The position numbers were made by a program, and so were the translations under genes. A stretch of DNA of 63,196 bases, the filler included, from Octopus bimaculoides (taxonomy: Eukaryota), in assembly GCF_001194135.2 (NCBI RefSeq). It is 9 parts of 9 records of this genome, joined end to end, with 100 filler letters (N's around TTAATTAATTAA, not from the genome) between each part and the next. Parts side by side here need not be neighbours in the genome. Positions count along the whole stretch, not along the records: positions 50,792 to 60,617 come from NC_069004.1; positions 60,718 to 63,196 come from NC_068991.1; 7 more parts are not named here. One strand, given 5' to 3'. Below, in pieces: positions 51,176 to 63,196 of the stretch (position 1 is its first letter; each line of letters starts with the position of its first letter). The notes beneath the pieces are model-generated. The model did no database searches. It saw only the letters and a list, made by a program, of their open reading frames with translations, and was not told the DNA's origin.

Positions 51176-52999
51176 CCCAACATTGCATGAATTATTAAGG
51201 GCTGATACTAAAACGAAAAAAAAAAAAAAGGGAAAAATCTGTTTATACTGAATTACAATCAAATTCCATGGCTGAAAAGGGAATCGTTGCAAATTTTTAC
51301 GTATTGAGTGTGAATATTCGTAAGTGTGAAGATTTGGGCATCTTGGGCTTTGTTTATTTAAATCAACAGTACGTAAAGAAGGTAAATAAAAACATCTAAC
51401 TAAATGCTTGAAATGTAATTTATTATCACATCCAGGCTTTCTAAAACCACAAGGTGTCTACTTAATATATGGAAAAACAAAAACGGTAGTTATTTGGAAA
51501 TGTTTTTATTCAGAGAGAAAGAGCTCGAAACAGTTTGATTTTGCGGTAAAAAAAACATCGGTTACCGCTACATTTTCTACAGTCAACTATTGTAATGGAC
51601 TCATAACATGGATTCTTGCATCTTCCCTTCTTGTTGCTTTCCATGTACTGAGGCCAACGATCTATACCATCTGTGTAGGTTGACCTATTCTGGCATTGGA
51701 GCTGTCGGTCCTCTGGACTTTTTGGTCAGTATTTTCGTTTCCACTTCATTTAATGATTAGTGTCCTCTTGTTTGACTTAGATTTGTCTGATCTCATGAAT
51801 GAACCAGAAATACTTCGAAATCTCTAACATTACGTCTGATGCATTCTTAGGTTCATTATGTCGGAATAAAAGCCACGATTGTACTACAATCATGTCGAGA
51901 AAGTGGAAAATAAGTCAGTAATACCATTTTTTTGAGCGAACATGGATTCTGTAAAGGCTCAGTAGCCCATCCAGTAAATCTGTCCCGCTCATAAATTTGT
52001 TGTATATGTTTACAATTGAAGGTATGGGATGGTTACGCGACACTTTTTTTTCAATCCAACCCTTGAAACCTGGAAATTTCAAGGGTTGGATTGACTGCTT
52101 CATATGTTGGCAACCGGGTAACACCATGGTTATCAAACCATTTTACTGTACGTAACTCAAAAACATTAAACTTAGTTGTCCATACTGCAACAAACTCCTG
52201 CTATTTTTCTTTAATGCTGTATCTGATTACAGCTTGCATCCAGACAAACGATTGTCATACACTGTACGAACGCATACCATACCCTGTTCATGTAGGGCCT
52301 CTACAAGATCAACACCTGTAAACCAACTTTCGAAATACATTTTGCGTCATTTGTTTCTTGGTAATTTTGCAGCAAAATCATTACAATATTTCCAGAGGTT
52401 TGTAAATCTGGCTGATTTGGGCAAGTTCCAATTGAACCAGTGTGGACTTCAAAATTGTGGATAAGTCCCTCTATTCTTGACAACATAGTGGTTTCTTTTT
52501 ATTATAGAAACTGCTGCAGTTCATTCGAAAGGTGATAAGTGATATGCAAAGCTTTATAAACTTAGAAAAGCCTGAAATTATGGATCCTCAACGTGAACAT
52601 TCAATAACTTTCAGTAAGTAACTATGCAAGAATGCACGATGTTGTTTCAAATCAACAAATCATAAACACAACATTTTGAGTACTTTTCTCTCAAGATCCA
52701 CGAACAATTTTATTTAATAAGTAACTTTAAACAGTCTTGTGAAATAGTAACAAAAACAAAAACAAGAATAAATGTTCATACCTTACAACTTTAGTGAAGA
52801 TTTGAAGTTTCATTATTACATCAATAAGAAATTCTGCTGGTTGTTTTGAAGTATAAAAAAATAGGTTTTTGCCGTAAAGCCTTGTTTACACTTTTGACTA
52901 CCGTTCAAAAAGCAAAATGGCTGTGTTTCTTTAAATTAACACCATGAATTTAGGTATTTTTTGGCGTGTTGCTTTAAATACACAATATACAATATAGGG
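51176..52999 (-). mobile_element. Decayed piggyBac element with TTAA target sites
   Basis: PSIVNIYNKFMSGTDLLDGLLSLYRIHVRSKKWY is a PGBD-type transposase motif. TTAA|CCC at 51172-78 and GGG|TTAA at 52997-53003; the 13-bp ends match at 10/13. Confidence 0.65.
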
Positions 53000-53499
53000 T
53001 TAATGCAAATACATCCTGGGAAACCAAATTAACTGCGGTATTTGTTCGGAGGTAATATCTGTTATGGACGTATTAGGCTAAATAACAAAAATATATCAGT
53101 AGAAGAGGAAAATTTTCCAGCAGGGTGGCGGGAATGCTAAATGTGCATTTTTGCACTTTGGGAATTCGTCAGCAGCATGTACTCGCTGGCAACAGCATGC
53201 TAAGATAAAATCCGTTGCCATTGATATAGAAAAAACTGCAAAAAGTCACTGATGTTGCAATTAGCCGGCTGGCTGAATAAAATTCGTTATCTGCAATTGC
53301 GGTAGTATTGCAGTATTAGATTAAATTAACAATCTAGCACTCCCAGCACTGCTGCTGGACGATTTTCGGTTGCTACTGATATATGTTTGTATTATTTAAC
53401 ACAATACGTTGATAAGAGATATTACTCCCACCGAACAAATACCACTTCTGATGCACATAACGAATGTTTATATAATTATTATATAGGCTCTGTTTCAAA

Positions 53500-53700
53500 T
53501 TCAAAATGCCAGGTATAAGTCGTGTAGTGACATATTTTCTGATGGAAAAACTTAGAAACTCAGTTCCTGTCGCTGAATATATCTCTAGTCTTAAATCTAA
53601 GAGTATAAATTATAATTTAGAATGGTGGACCTTAAATTCTGCTAAAAAGTACTAAGAGGAGAGGAAAGATTGCCTTTGTACAAGAAAAACACAATCAATA
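53500..53700 (+). mobile_element. Possible decayed Naiad GIY-YIG remnant (approx.)
   Basis: YYIGSV...RNSVPVAEYISSLKSKSINYNLEWWTLNSAKKY resembles the endonuclease of copies 1 and 2. Confidence 0.4.
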
Positions 53701-54276
53701 CTTGACCATACATTATTGATAAACAAAAAGAGGCAAATTGTCATTCGCTATCTGGTCGGGCGACTTGTCCGGGCCAATGTAACCCTTCCACGCCAGACGT
53801 CCTGTTCAAACGAAGAGGCGCGAACGTCTAGTCTGGGCTTTTAGTCACGCTGGTCTTTCGCTAGATGAAATGTCTTATTGGTCTATGTCACATGATTGCA
53901 GTAGCTCACCAACTGAACTGTTTGATCCTGGCCGTTGACAGTTTGTTGTCCGTTCATTCTCCCAGCATTGAAGTGATACTCACCATTGATTCAATAAGTT
54001 CATTTATCGAAACATCCGCCATGCTGCATCCACTGATTCCAACGTACTCTGCTTCGGGCAGTTACAAACATTTTAATAGTTGACCCATACCTGGAACCCT
54101 GACAGGTGTTACTATTCTGGGACAAAGTAGACCTTGGAGAAACAAATAGTTAAGAGGTGGTTCCGCATTTCTCAAAACCCAGGAACCCTCGAACCAGGTA
54201 CCTGCTTATGAATGCAGCTTAAAATCATACCTTGCACTTGTAGCTATTCACTACACACATCAATGCTTTAAATTAT

Positions 54277-54728
54277 CTTTTATCGTTTACTTGTTTCAGT
54301 CATTTGACTGCGACCATGCTGGGGCACCACCTTGAAGAATTTTTAGTCGAATGAACTGACTCTAGTACATTTTTTTTAAAGCTTGGCACTTATCCTATCG
54401 GTTCTTTTGCCGAACCGCTAAGTTACATGGACGTAAACACACCAGCAACGGTTGTCAAGCGGTGGTAGAGGACAGGCACAAAGGCNNNNNNNNNNNNNNN
54501 NNNNNNNNNNNNNNNNNNNNNNNNNNNNNNNNNNNNNNNNCACACACACACACACACACACACTCACACGGTGTGCTTTTTTCAGTTCCGTCTACCAAAT
54601 TCACTCACAAGCCCTTTGGTCGACCTGAGGTTATACAAAACCCTTGCGATGTGTCCCAAGCAATGGTACTAAACACAGCAGTATGTGGTTGGAAAGCAAG
54701 CTTCTTACTACGCAGTCAGTCCAGCGCC
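54277..54728 (-). mobile_element. SINE family A copy (approx.)
   Basis: Colinear with 32911-33308 and spans a small gap. Confidence 0.75.
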
Positions 54729-56600
54729 TATAAGATCTTTTAAATGATTAAAAAATTATCGGATACAAAAGCATAGGATTTAAATTACAGAAAAATATAA
54801 TAATATAAAACAACAGCAATAATAGCAAAAGAAAGAAATAGTAACAAGAAAACAACCATCCGAGTCTGTTGAAATCATGGAATGTAGAATGGTGGATGTG
54901 AACTATTTCGGCAAATAAACTTATTGAGTCAATGGCAAATATCACTTCGATACTTAGCGGATGAAGAGAAAACAGACTATCAACGATCAGGATGAACCGG
55001 TTCAGTTAACAAACAACGGTTATCCGCCGTTGCCGTTCTGTGCATAGACGAGATATTTCGTCAAACACAAGACCAATGCGACTTAAACTCAGGACAGACA
55101 TTTATACCTCATCGCTTGATTAGGACGTCAGACGTGGAAAAAAATTGCATTCGTTCTGGCAAATCGCCGGACGAATTAATTGATTCTTTCTTTCTTACTT
55201 TTTTATTTTATATTATTTGACCTGGCTGGTTGAACCGTTAGCACGCCGGGCAAAATGCTTAATAACATTCCGTCCCTCTCAACGTTCTGAATTCAAATTC
55301 CGCTGAGGTCAACTTTCTCTTTCGTCCTTTTAGAGTCGAAGAAATAATTACCAATCGAGCACTGGGGTCGATGTAAATGACCATTCCCTTCTCCCCAAAT
55401 ATCAGGCTTTGTGCTTATAATACAAAGGATTATTTGATCATAATTTAAGCTCATTTATTATGTTATTTTAATTAGACTACGTTGCTTCTTATATACATAA
55501 AAGTGTTCAGTTTTACATATGTTCAATTTTATGTCTATGTTCAAGGCACTACTATTTCAAACCTAGTTTCCCCATCAGCTTCAAATGTTTTAATCGTTGT
55601 TTTGATATCCAAAAAGCGTTTATGTATACTCACAATTCATAAAAAAAATTTCTGCCTTACTCTGCATTATCATCACACCCATCTGATGAACGGGTATGAT
55701 GACTGAGTAACAGTTTGTTCAGCTTTGTGCAGCTTTAATAAATAGTACATTTATATGTATATAGATTGCTTTCTCCATATGTATATATTTTCTATATGTT
55801 TATATATAAAAACGCAGGCGTGGTTGTATGGTAAGAAGTTTCCTTCCCGATCCTACTGCATGGTACCTTAGGCAACTGTCTTCTACTATAGCCCGTTAGC
55901 CTCGGGTTGACTGAAGCCGTGTAGGTGGATTTGAAACGTGGAAAGCGAAAGAAGCTTGTCCTATATATATGTGTGTGTGTGAGTGTGTGTGTGTGCATGA
56001 GTGTGTATGTGAGTGTTTGTGTATATGTTTGTGTATGCATGTGCGTGTGCGTATGTGTGTGTATGTGTGTTTTCGTTTGTGCGTGTTTGTGTACCATGAT
56101 CTGTGATTTTGTGGGTCACATCAGGCGAAAAAAAATGTTTATGTTTGCTTCCTGACGACTCAACGAACTGCTAATAAATATACTCTACTCCATATATCAG
56201 GTACTTTTTCTCTTGTTTGTTTAGCCAAACGTATGTATCCCCATATAAACACATACACACGCATCTTAAGATTCATGCATTCGTGTATGTGTGTATGTAT
56301 GAATCTCTCTTACATATATACACATACACGTACGGTCACGGCCAACAACTAGCAAATATGAGAAAAGAACGAAATATATCACCATATCTGATCTTTATAA
56401 GAAAAGCATTTGAACATCGGTAACCAATAGTATATAAGAGAAATTGAATTTAATTTATCTGTATCTTCTCTTTTATAACAGCATGACTAAGTCGTCTTTT
56501 TGAAACGACCGGAGCCGGTAGCTACTTCCTTAAAAAGGTAAATATTGTCTTTCTGTTTTCCACTACATGTATGGATGTATGTATAACCATTGTGTACACG

Positions 56601-56650
<50 letters not shown>

Positions 56651-57491
56651 NNNNNNNNNNNNNNNNNNNNNNNNNNNNNNNNNNNNNNNNNNNNNNNNNN
56701 NNNNNNNNNNNNNNNNNNNNNNNNNNNNNNNNNNNNNNNNNNNNNNNNNNNNNNNNNNNNNNNNNNNNNNNNNNNNNNNNNNNNNNNNNNNNNNNNNNNN
56801 NNNNNNNNNNNNNNNNNNNNNNNNNNNNNNNNNNNNNNNNNNNNNNNNNNNNNNNNNNNNNNNNNNNNNNNNNNNNNNNNNNNNNNNNNNNNNNNNNNNN
56901 NNNNNNNNNNNNNNNNNNNNNNNNNNNNNNNNNNNNNNNNNNNNNNNNNNNNNNNNNNNNNNNNNNNNNNNNNNNNNNNNNNNNNNNNNNNNNNNNNNNN
57001 NNNNNNNNNNNNNNNNNNNNNNNNNNNNNNNNNNNNNNNNNNNNNNNNNNNNNNNNNNNNNNNNNNNNNNNNNNNNNNNNNNNNNNNNNNNNNNNNNNNN
57101 NNNNNNNNNNNNNNNNNNNNNNNNNNNNNNNNNNNNNNNNNNNNNNNNNNNNNNNNNNNNNNNNNNNNNNNNNNNNNNNNNNNNNNNNNNNNNNNNNNNN
57201 NNNNNNNNNNNNNNNNNNNNNNNNNNNNNNNNNNNNNNNNNNNNNNNNNNNNNNNNNNNNNNNNNNNNNNNNNNNNNNNNNNNNNNNNNNNNNNNNNNNN
57301 NNNNNNNNNNNNNNNNNNNNNNNNNNNNNNNNNNNNNNNNNNNNNNNNNNNNNNNNNNNNNNNNNNNNNNNNNNNNNNNNNNNNNNNNNNNNNNNNNNNN
57401 NNNNNNNNNNNNNNNNNNNNNNNNNNNNNNTATATATATATACACACAAACATCAAATTATAAGAAACACATTTCTCTCTCTCTCTCTCTG

Positions 57492-57554
<63 letters not shown>

Positions 57555-57920
57555 GTATATATATATGAATTTATGTGTGTGTGTATATATGGGTGTATAT
57601 GAATGGGTTTGTATGAATGCCTCTGAATTAAATTCAGCAATACATAACTAAGGTTCAGTATAAAGGAGACGTGTTGTAACTACAATATCTGGCTATAAAC
57701 ATCACTGCCAGTCCGTGCCATATTGCACAATATCTCTGTCTCTTTCTCTCACATACACAATACTACCCACATACGATAAATCTTATATAAAGTTACTGTC
57801 TCTCTGTCAGCCTAATTCATATACAATATGGCGTGTGACTGTTGAAAAACACAGTTTGATATACATCATATTTGACTTTAAACTACTTTCTTCCATGTTC
57901 GGTCATTGTTTCTTACAATA

Positions 57921-57962
<42 letters not shown>

Positions 57963-59469
57963 CATACATACATACTTACATACTTGTATGTGTGTGAATG
58001 TATATCTGTGTGTGTATATATGTTTCATATATATGTATACATATGTTCATATATATATGTATATACATATANNNNNNNNNNNNNNNNNNNNNNNNNNNNN
58101 NNNNNNNNNNNNNNNNNNNNNNNNNNNNNNNNNNNNNNNNNNNNNNNNNNNNNNNNNNNNNNNNNNNNNNNNNNNNNNNNNNNNNNNNNNNNNNNNNNNN
58201 NNNNNNNNNNNNNNNNNNNNNNNNNNNNNNNNNNNNNNNNNNNNNNNNNNNNNNNNNNNNNNNNNNNNNNNNNNNNNNNNNNNNNNNNNNNNNNNNNNNN
58301 NNNNNNNNNNNNNNNNNNNNNNNNNNNNNNNNNNNNNNNNNNNNNNNNNNNNNNNNNNNNNNNNNNNNNNNNNNNNNNNNNNNNNNNNNNNNNNNNNNNN
58401 NNNNNNNNNNNNNNNNNNNNNNNNNNNNNNNNNNNNNNNNNNNNNNNNNNNNNNNNNNNNNNNNNNNNNNNNNNNNNNNNNNNNNNNNNNNNNNNNNNNN
58501 NNNNNNNNNNNNNNNNNNNNNNNNNNNNNNNNNNNNNNNNNNNNNNNNNNNNNNNNNNNNNNNNNNNNNNNNNNNNNTATATATACACACATATATATAC
58601 ATATATACATGTGCTTTTCTCGTACAAAACACGAAAATTTTCAATACACAACTATGTTAGAAAAGTGTATCGTCCATTATTCTTTGTTGATAAACACGAC
58701 AAATATGCACACACACACACACACATACATACATACACACGCACATTCAGCACAGACTCCCCCGCACACACTCACACCCACCCCCCGCTCACACGCACAC
58801 ATGTTTACGCACGTGATCCAGTGCAAAACAATTTCGAAGATCTACAAGTACTAAGGCGGCGTGGAAGCCCGTAGGTGCACAATTGACTTGCTAGAATCAT
58901 CAGCCAAATATCCCTCAAACCACGCCCAGACGTCTTGAAAATTGTCGTCTCCTCAAAAAATACAATTATTGCTAGTGGCTGGAGAACCTTAAGTGAAAAT
59001 GCTGCCTAATTAAGGCTAAGATGGGGTTAATGAATCGCTAAAAGACAAAGATAAAAACAAAACAAAGTAAAGCAAAAATAAAAATTAAAAATTAAGACAA
59101 CTAAGACCAAAATCCTGACTTCTCAGTTAGAAGATCCGATTTGCAACACTATATTTTATCTTTTATTTGTTTGACTTGTTTGGAAGGGCTTTAGTAACCC
59201 TAATACTTATTTTTTACGTTAAGTCTGATACTTCTTCAATCGCTCTCTTTTTGCTGAACTGCTATGTTGCGAGGACATAAACAAACAAACAGCGGTTGTC
59301 AAGCAGTGGTGGAGGATAAACAGTGTCTCGACTTATGTTGGGCGGATGAAATAATACTATACATGGAACGACTAAAATTTATAAGGACTTTGTTTTATTT
59401 TATGAGACAAACAAATTAAATCCATTATTTACATTTGACGGATATTTGTCCTCATCTTCTTTGTTGTTA

Positions 59470-59513
59470 AAACAACGTTTCGGCTGATATACCCTCCAGC
59501 TTTCATCAGGTGT
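59470..59513 (-). ncRNA. Minimal type I hammerhead ribozyme motif in a Penelope 3' end (slightly degenerate)
   Basis: Minus strand reads ACAC-CTGATGA-A-AGCTG-gagggtatat-CAGCC-GAAA-CG-TT-GTTT. It has an intact core, a palindromic AACGTT minimal stem III, and single mismatches in stems I and II. Confidence 0.65.
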
Positions 59514-59588
59514 CTTGAGGATATTTAGAACCTGGGTTCTCATTCCTAAGGTATTTTTCGATTATTATTATTATTATTATTATTATTC

Positions 59589-59651
59589 TGGAATCGAACT
59601 CGGAATCTTGGGGTTAGTAGCCCACGCTCTTAACCACTACGCCATATGCCC
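59589..59651 (-). pseudogene. tRNA-derived sequence (Pol III A/B boxes) embedded in a Penelope 3' region
   Basis: GGGCATATGGCGTAGTGGTTAAGAGCGTGGGCTACTAACCCCAAGATTCCGAGTTCGATTCCA contains A box TGGCGTAGTGG, B box GTTCGATTCC and anticodon loop CT-ACT-AA. There is no complete 3' acceptor strand. By recollection it most resembles tRNA-Ile(AAT). Confidence 0.7.
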
Positions 59652-60179
59652 GTGGGCAATTATGGAGTGAATTTTTAGGGCGTATAAATCTAATATTTTC
59701 CTATTCTTCCTTAATACCGGTTTCCATATGCTATTCATATCTGCAGTCAGTCTGCTTAGGAGGTTGTTGTGTCCTAGCATATGTGCTGCTTCTTTTAGTG
59801 CTCTCTGTCTATTATTTTAACATCATCCCACAGGGGGAGGTGGTCTCCATTTTTCCATACATGATCAGCTACACCCGATTTATCAATATCTCCCCGTGTC
59901 ACAGCTTTGCAATGTTCCTCTACCCTTATTTTGAGGGGGCGACATGTTTCGCCTGTGTATAACCTACAACAGCTGCATGGGATGGAGTACATGCGGTTTT
60001 TGGTCATATTCTCTTCTATTGGTGGTTTTACCCGAAAGAGACATTCGCGAAGCGTTGTATTACTCTTGAATACTGTCCTGATAGTTATGGGCCGCATATC
60101 TTTCACATAGGGTAGACAGACTGTAGACAGTTTATTGGTTTCATCCTCTTTTTTCTTCATGTTGATGATGATGATGATG

Positions 60180-60248
<69 letters not shown>

Positions 60249-60249
60249 T

Positions 60250-60617
60250 AAAAGACCACGTACTCGAATGATGAACCAGATTCGAGACGAGAAATTTGCT
60301 ACTGGTTCAAATCTTCCCGACACACAGGAGCTGGAAGTACACCACAACCGGAATATTTCAACAGATGGCCATCCGTGTTCATCACCAAACAACCAAAAGA
60401 GAAAGAAAAAGAATGAAAAATGGTCTAGGGAAGATAATAAAGAAGTTCTTACGGCCTTCTTCCATGCCATATATTTCCCCACAAATAAATCGAATACTGT
60501 ACAAACCTACTTAAACTGGAGACAGAAACACCTTGAAGTAAGACCCTACATAGACAGTAACAAACTTGCCAACGTCAGAAGAAACATTATGAAAAGAAAT
60601 TACTAACTGAAGTAGAG
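60250..60617 (+). mobile_element. R4/Dong-like element 5' end (ORF N-terminus), truncated by a gap
   Basis: KWSREDNKEVLTAFF...TYLNWRQ...RPYIDSNKLANVRRNIMK resembles R4/Dong N-termini and immediately follows a long (AAT)n array. Confidence 0.6.
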
Positions 60618-60812
60618 NNNNNNNNNNNNNNNNNNNNNNNNNNNNNNNNNNNNNNNNNNNNTTAATTAATTAANNNNNNNNNNNNNNNNNNNNNNNNNNN
60701 NNNNNNNNNNNNNNNNNTATATATATATATATATGTACAATATATATATATATATGCGTGTGTGTGTGTGTGTGTATCAGTATACAAAAATACACGCACA
60801 TATATATGTATA

Positions 60813-61152
60813 CAGTGTGCGATGGGTAAATTGTCGGCATTTTGTATTATTAATTTCGCGCCTGTGCAGGTTTATTTTTAATTTTGTTGACTACACAGTA
60901 TAATAGGGTCAGCTGGGCACCGTCTGTGAGAAAAACTGCACCATGAGGCAAATCACTAGGCCAGATGTTTCAAAACATCTTTGTGTACTGCTTTGCATTC
61001 ACGCCAGAAATTCCGTTACGTATATTTCAGAATCTTTGTGTGTGAATTGGAAGACATCCAATGAGGACATGTACGGAGAGTGATAAAAGTCAAACATCCA
61101 GTCAACATCCTGGCGTTTGGAGTGATCACTAGTGATCACGACGTTATGCCTC
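60813..61152 (+). mobile_element. Second copy of the same maT-like family (5' end)
   Basis: Begins TA|CAGTGTGCGATGGGTAAATTG, encodes KHPVNILAFGVITSD, and is interrupted by a SINE. Confidence 0.75.
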
Positions 61153-61337
61153 GATCTCTCTTCTTTGTAAGCGTGTTACTCATTCTATCGATCTCTATTG
61201 CCGAACCGGTAAATTTGCGGGAGCATAAACACACCAACATCGGTCGTCAAGTGGCGATGCCCCCATCGCACAGACACAATGACACACAATAAACACAGAC
61301 GCAATGACAGAAACTTATAAATATATACATATGTATG

Positions 61338-61370
<33 letters not shown>

Positions 61371-63196
61371 NNNNNNNNNNNNNNNNNNNNNNNNNNNNNN
61401 NNNNNNNNNNNNNNNNNNNNNNNNNNNNNNNNNNNNNNNNNNNNNNNNNNNNNNNNNNNNNNNNNNNNNNNNNNNNNNNNNNNNNNNNNNNNNNNNNNNN
61501 NNNNNNNNNNNNNNNNNNNNNNNNNNNNNNNNNNNNNNNNNNNNNNNNNNNNNNNNNNNNNNNNNNNNNNNNNNNNNNNNNNNNNNNNNNNNNNNNNNNN
61601 NNNNNNNNNNNNNNNNNNNNNNNNNNNNNNNNNNNNNNNNNNNNNNNNNNNNNNNNNNNNNNNNNNNNNNNNNNNNNNNNNNNNNNNNNNNNNNNNNNNN
61701 NNNNNNNNNNNNNNNNNNNNNNNNNNNNNNNNNNNNNNNNNNNNNNNNNNNNNNNNNNNNNTATACATATGTATATATATTTATATATATATATATATAC
61801 GTTATGCGTGATGACGTATGATGACTAGTTTATTGTGACACGTTTACAGACGTTCAAAGCCCACGGGTGAAAAAAACACCTTCACAAACCATCTCAACGA
61901 TAGCGTGCGAATAATGATATTTATATATAAACTATCATGTGAAATAAACGCAGGTGTTCAACTGTTACTTATTCTATCGACCCAGTGAGGATGAAAGGCA
62001 AGTCAACTCGGAACTTCAGATCGTAATGATGGACCAAGCATCTTGTCCGGCGTGCTCGCTGCCTTCTAAGACAATATTAATATTGGTTTCAAATGTTGAT
62101 TACAACTTCTACTTACTTCATCTATCCCTAAAGATGAAAGTTAAGGTCGGCCTTGGTGGGATTTGAACTCAGAACTTAAAAGCCGGAGGAAATGCCACTG
62201 AACATTTTGCTCGGCGTGCTAACGATTCTGCCAGATGCTGCCTTATAAGACAGTACCAACATTGAAAGTAACAAAAATGAATATAATATTGCTATTACAG
62301 TTAGGTCAAGCCACCCTAAAATTTAACAAATCTCGGTACTTTGATGATGATGGCAGCTGATATTTGTTTTGATTATATATTTTAATATATATTTTATCTT
62401 CATATTTTAACAAAATCCTATATTGTTTTGCTCTTTAATTCGTCATACCTTTGTGCTACGCAAACATCAACTCATTTACAACGAGTCCCCCATTGCTTTC
62501 GGTAGCAGAATGACTGAAAGACATGTCTATCAGTAATGACTACGAGGACCACACGCAGTCAGATGCTCTGGTAAAATGATATCCGTGTCAGAACATCCGG
62601 TCAATATCTAAGAGTGATATCCATCATACAAATAATACACTCTTACAACATGTATAATAAATTGTGGTGTGTGTACATGCTAAGCTGTTTCTTACGTCTG
62701 TTTAATTGTATGTATGTATGTATGTATGTATGTATGCACTTTTGTATTTATGTATGTATGTATTTATGTCTGTATGTATCTTTCTATATGTGTGTGTATT
62801 TATGTACGTATGTATACGTGTATGTATGTACGGGTATCTTTGTGAGGGTGCGCATACGTAGCTTTGTGTGTGAGTGTGCGCGAGTGCGAATCACATGCAA
62901 CGTGTCTCTATAAAATGTTCAGTAACGGAAACACATAATAATTTCCTGTTTATTCTTCCATTGAAATATATTAAAACTTACACAAACAACGACCGAACAT
63001 AACAAACACATACAAACATAGATACACACAAACACACACAAACCCAAACGAACACATACAAAAACAGGCGCAAAAGTAATTATTGCATACATACATGCAC
63101 ATGAAAAATTGCGTTTACGTTTGTGTCCATATGTATACATGTGTATAAATATGCGTGCTTGCGTGGGTGTATTTGTGTATATATATATATATATAT

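Larger units (their letters stand above)
59421..60160 (-). mobile_element. Penelope/Poseidon-type PLE, 3' fragment with GIY-YIG endonuclease
   Basis: TVCLPYVKD...VFKSNTTLRECLFRVK...YSIPCSCCRLYTGETCRPLKIRVEEH...KSGVADHVW...WDDVKIIDREH, then frameshifted LKEAAHM...IWKPVL. This is followed by the tRNA-like head, (AAT)n and the hammerhead. Confidence 0.85.

Overview
This is AT-rich, microsatellite- and transposon-saturated animal genomic DNA from a gapped draft scaffold. The repeat families and the mollusc-type receptor suggest an octopus, which is an inference. The one well-supported host gene is a minus-strand class A neuropeptide GPCR closely resembling leucokinin/lymnokinin receptors. One exon (6974-6181) encodes the N-terminus to ICL3 (TM1-TM5) between canonical splice sites. 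The TM6-TM7 exon(s) were not found and must lie left of the window or in gaps, and a candidate non-coding first exon ends about 35 kb upstream at 42078. The rest is mostly intronic or intergenic repeat: Penelope-like retroelements (two Naiad-type RT+GIY-YIG copies and Penelope/Poseidon-type remnants), (AAT)n-associated R4/Dong LINEs, Tx1, CR1-group and RTE fragments, mariner/maT, piggyBac, hAT and Merlin-like MITEs, and three tRNA-derived SINE families. The most notable unexplained structure is a set of type I hammerhead ribozyme motifs: one essentially intact at 2258-2318 inside a double-hairpin element, a homolog in a Naiad 3' end, and one joined to a tRNA-like Pol III head in a Penelope 3' end. 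Almost all long ORFs in the supplied track are microsatellite or N-gap artefacts. Repeat boundaries marked 'approx.' were read by eye.
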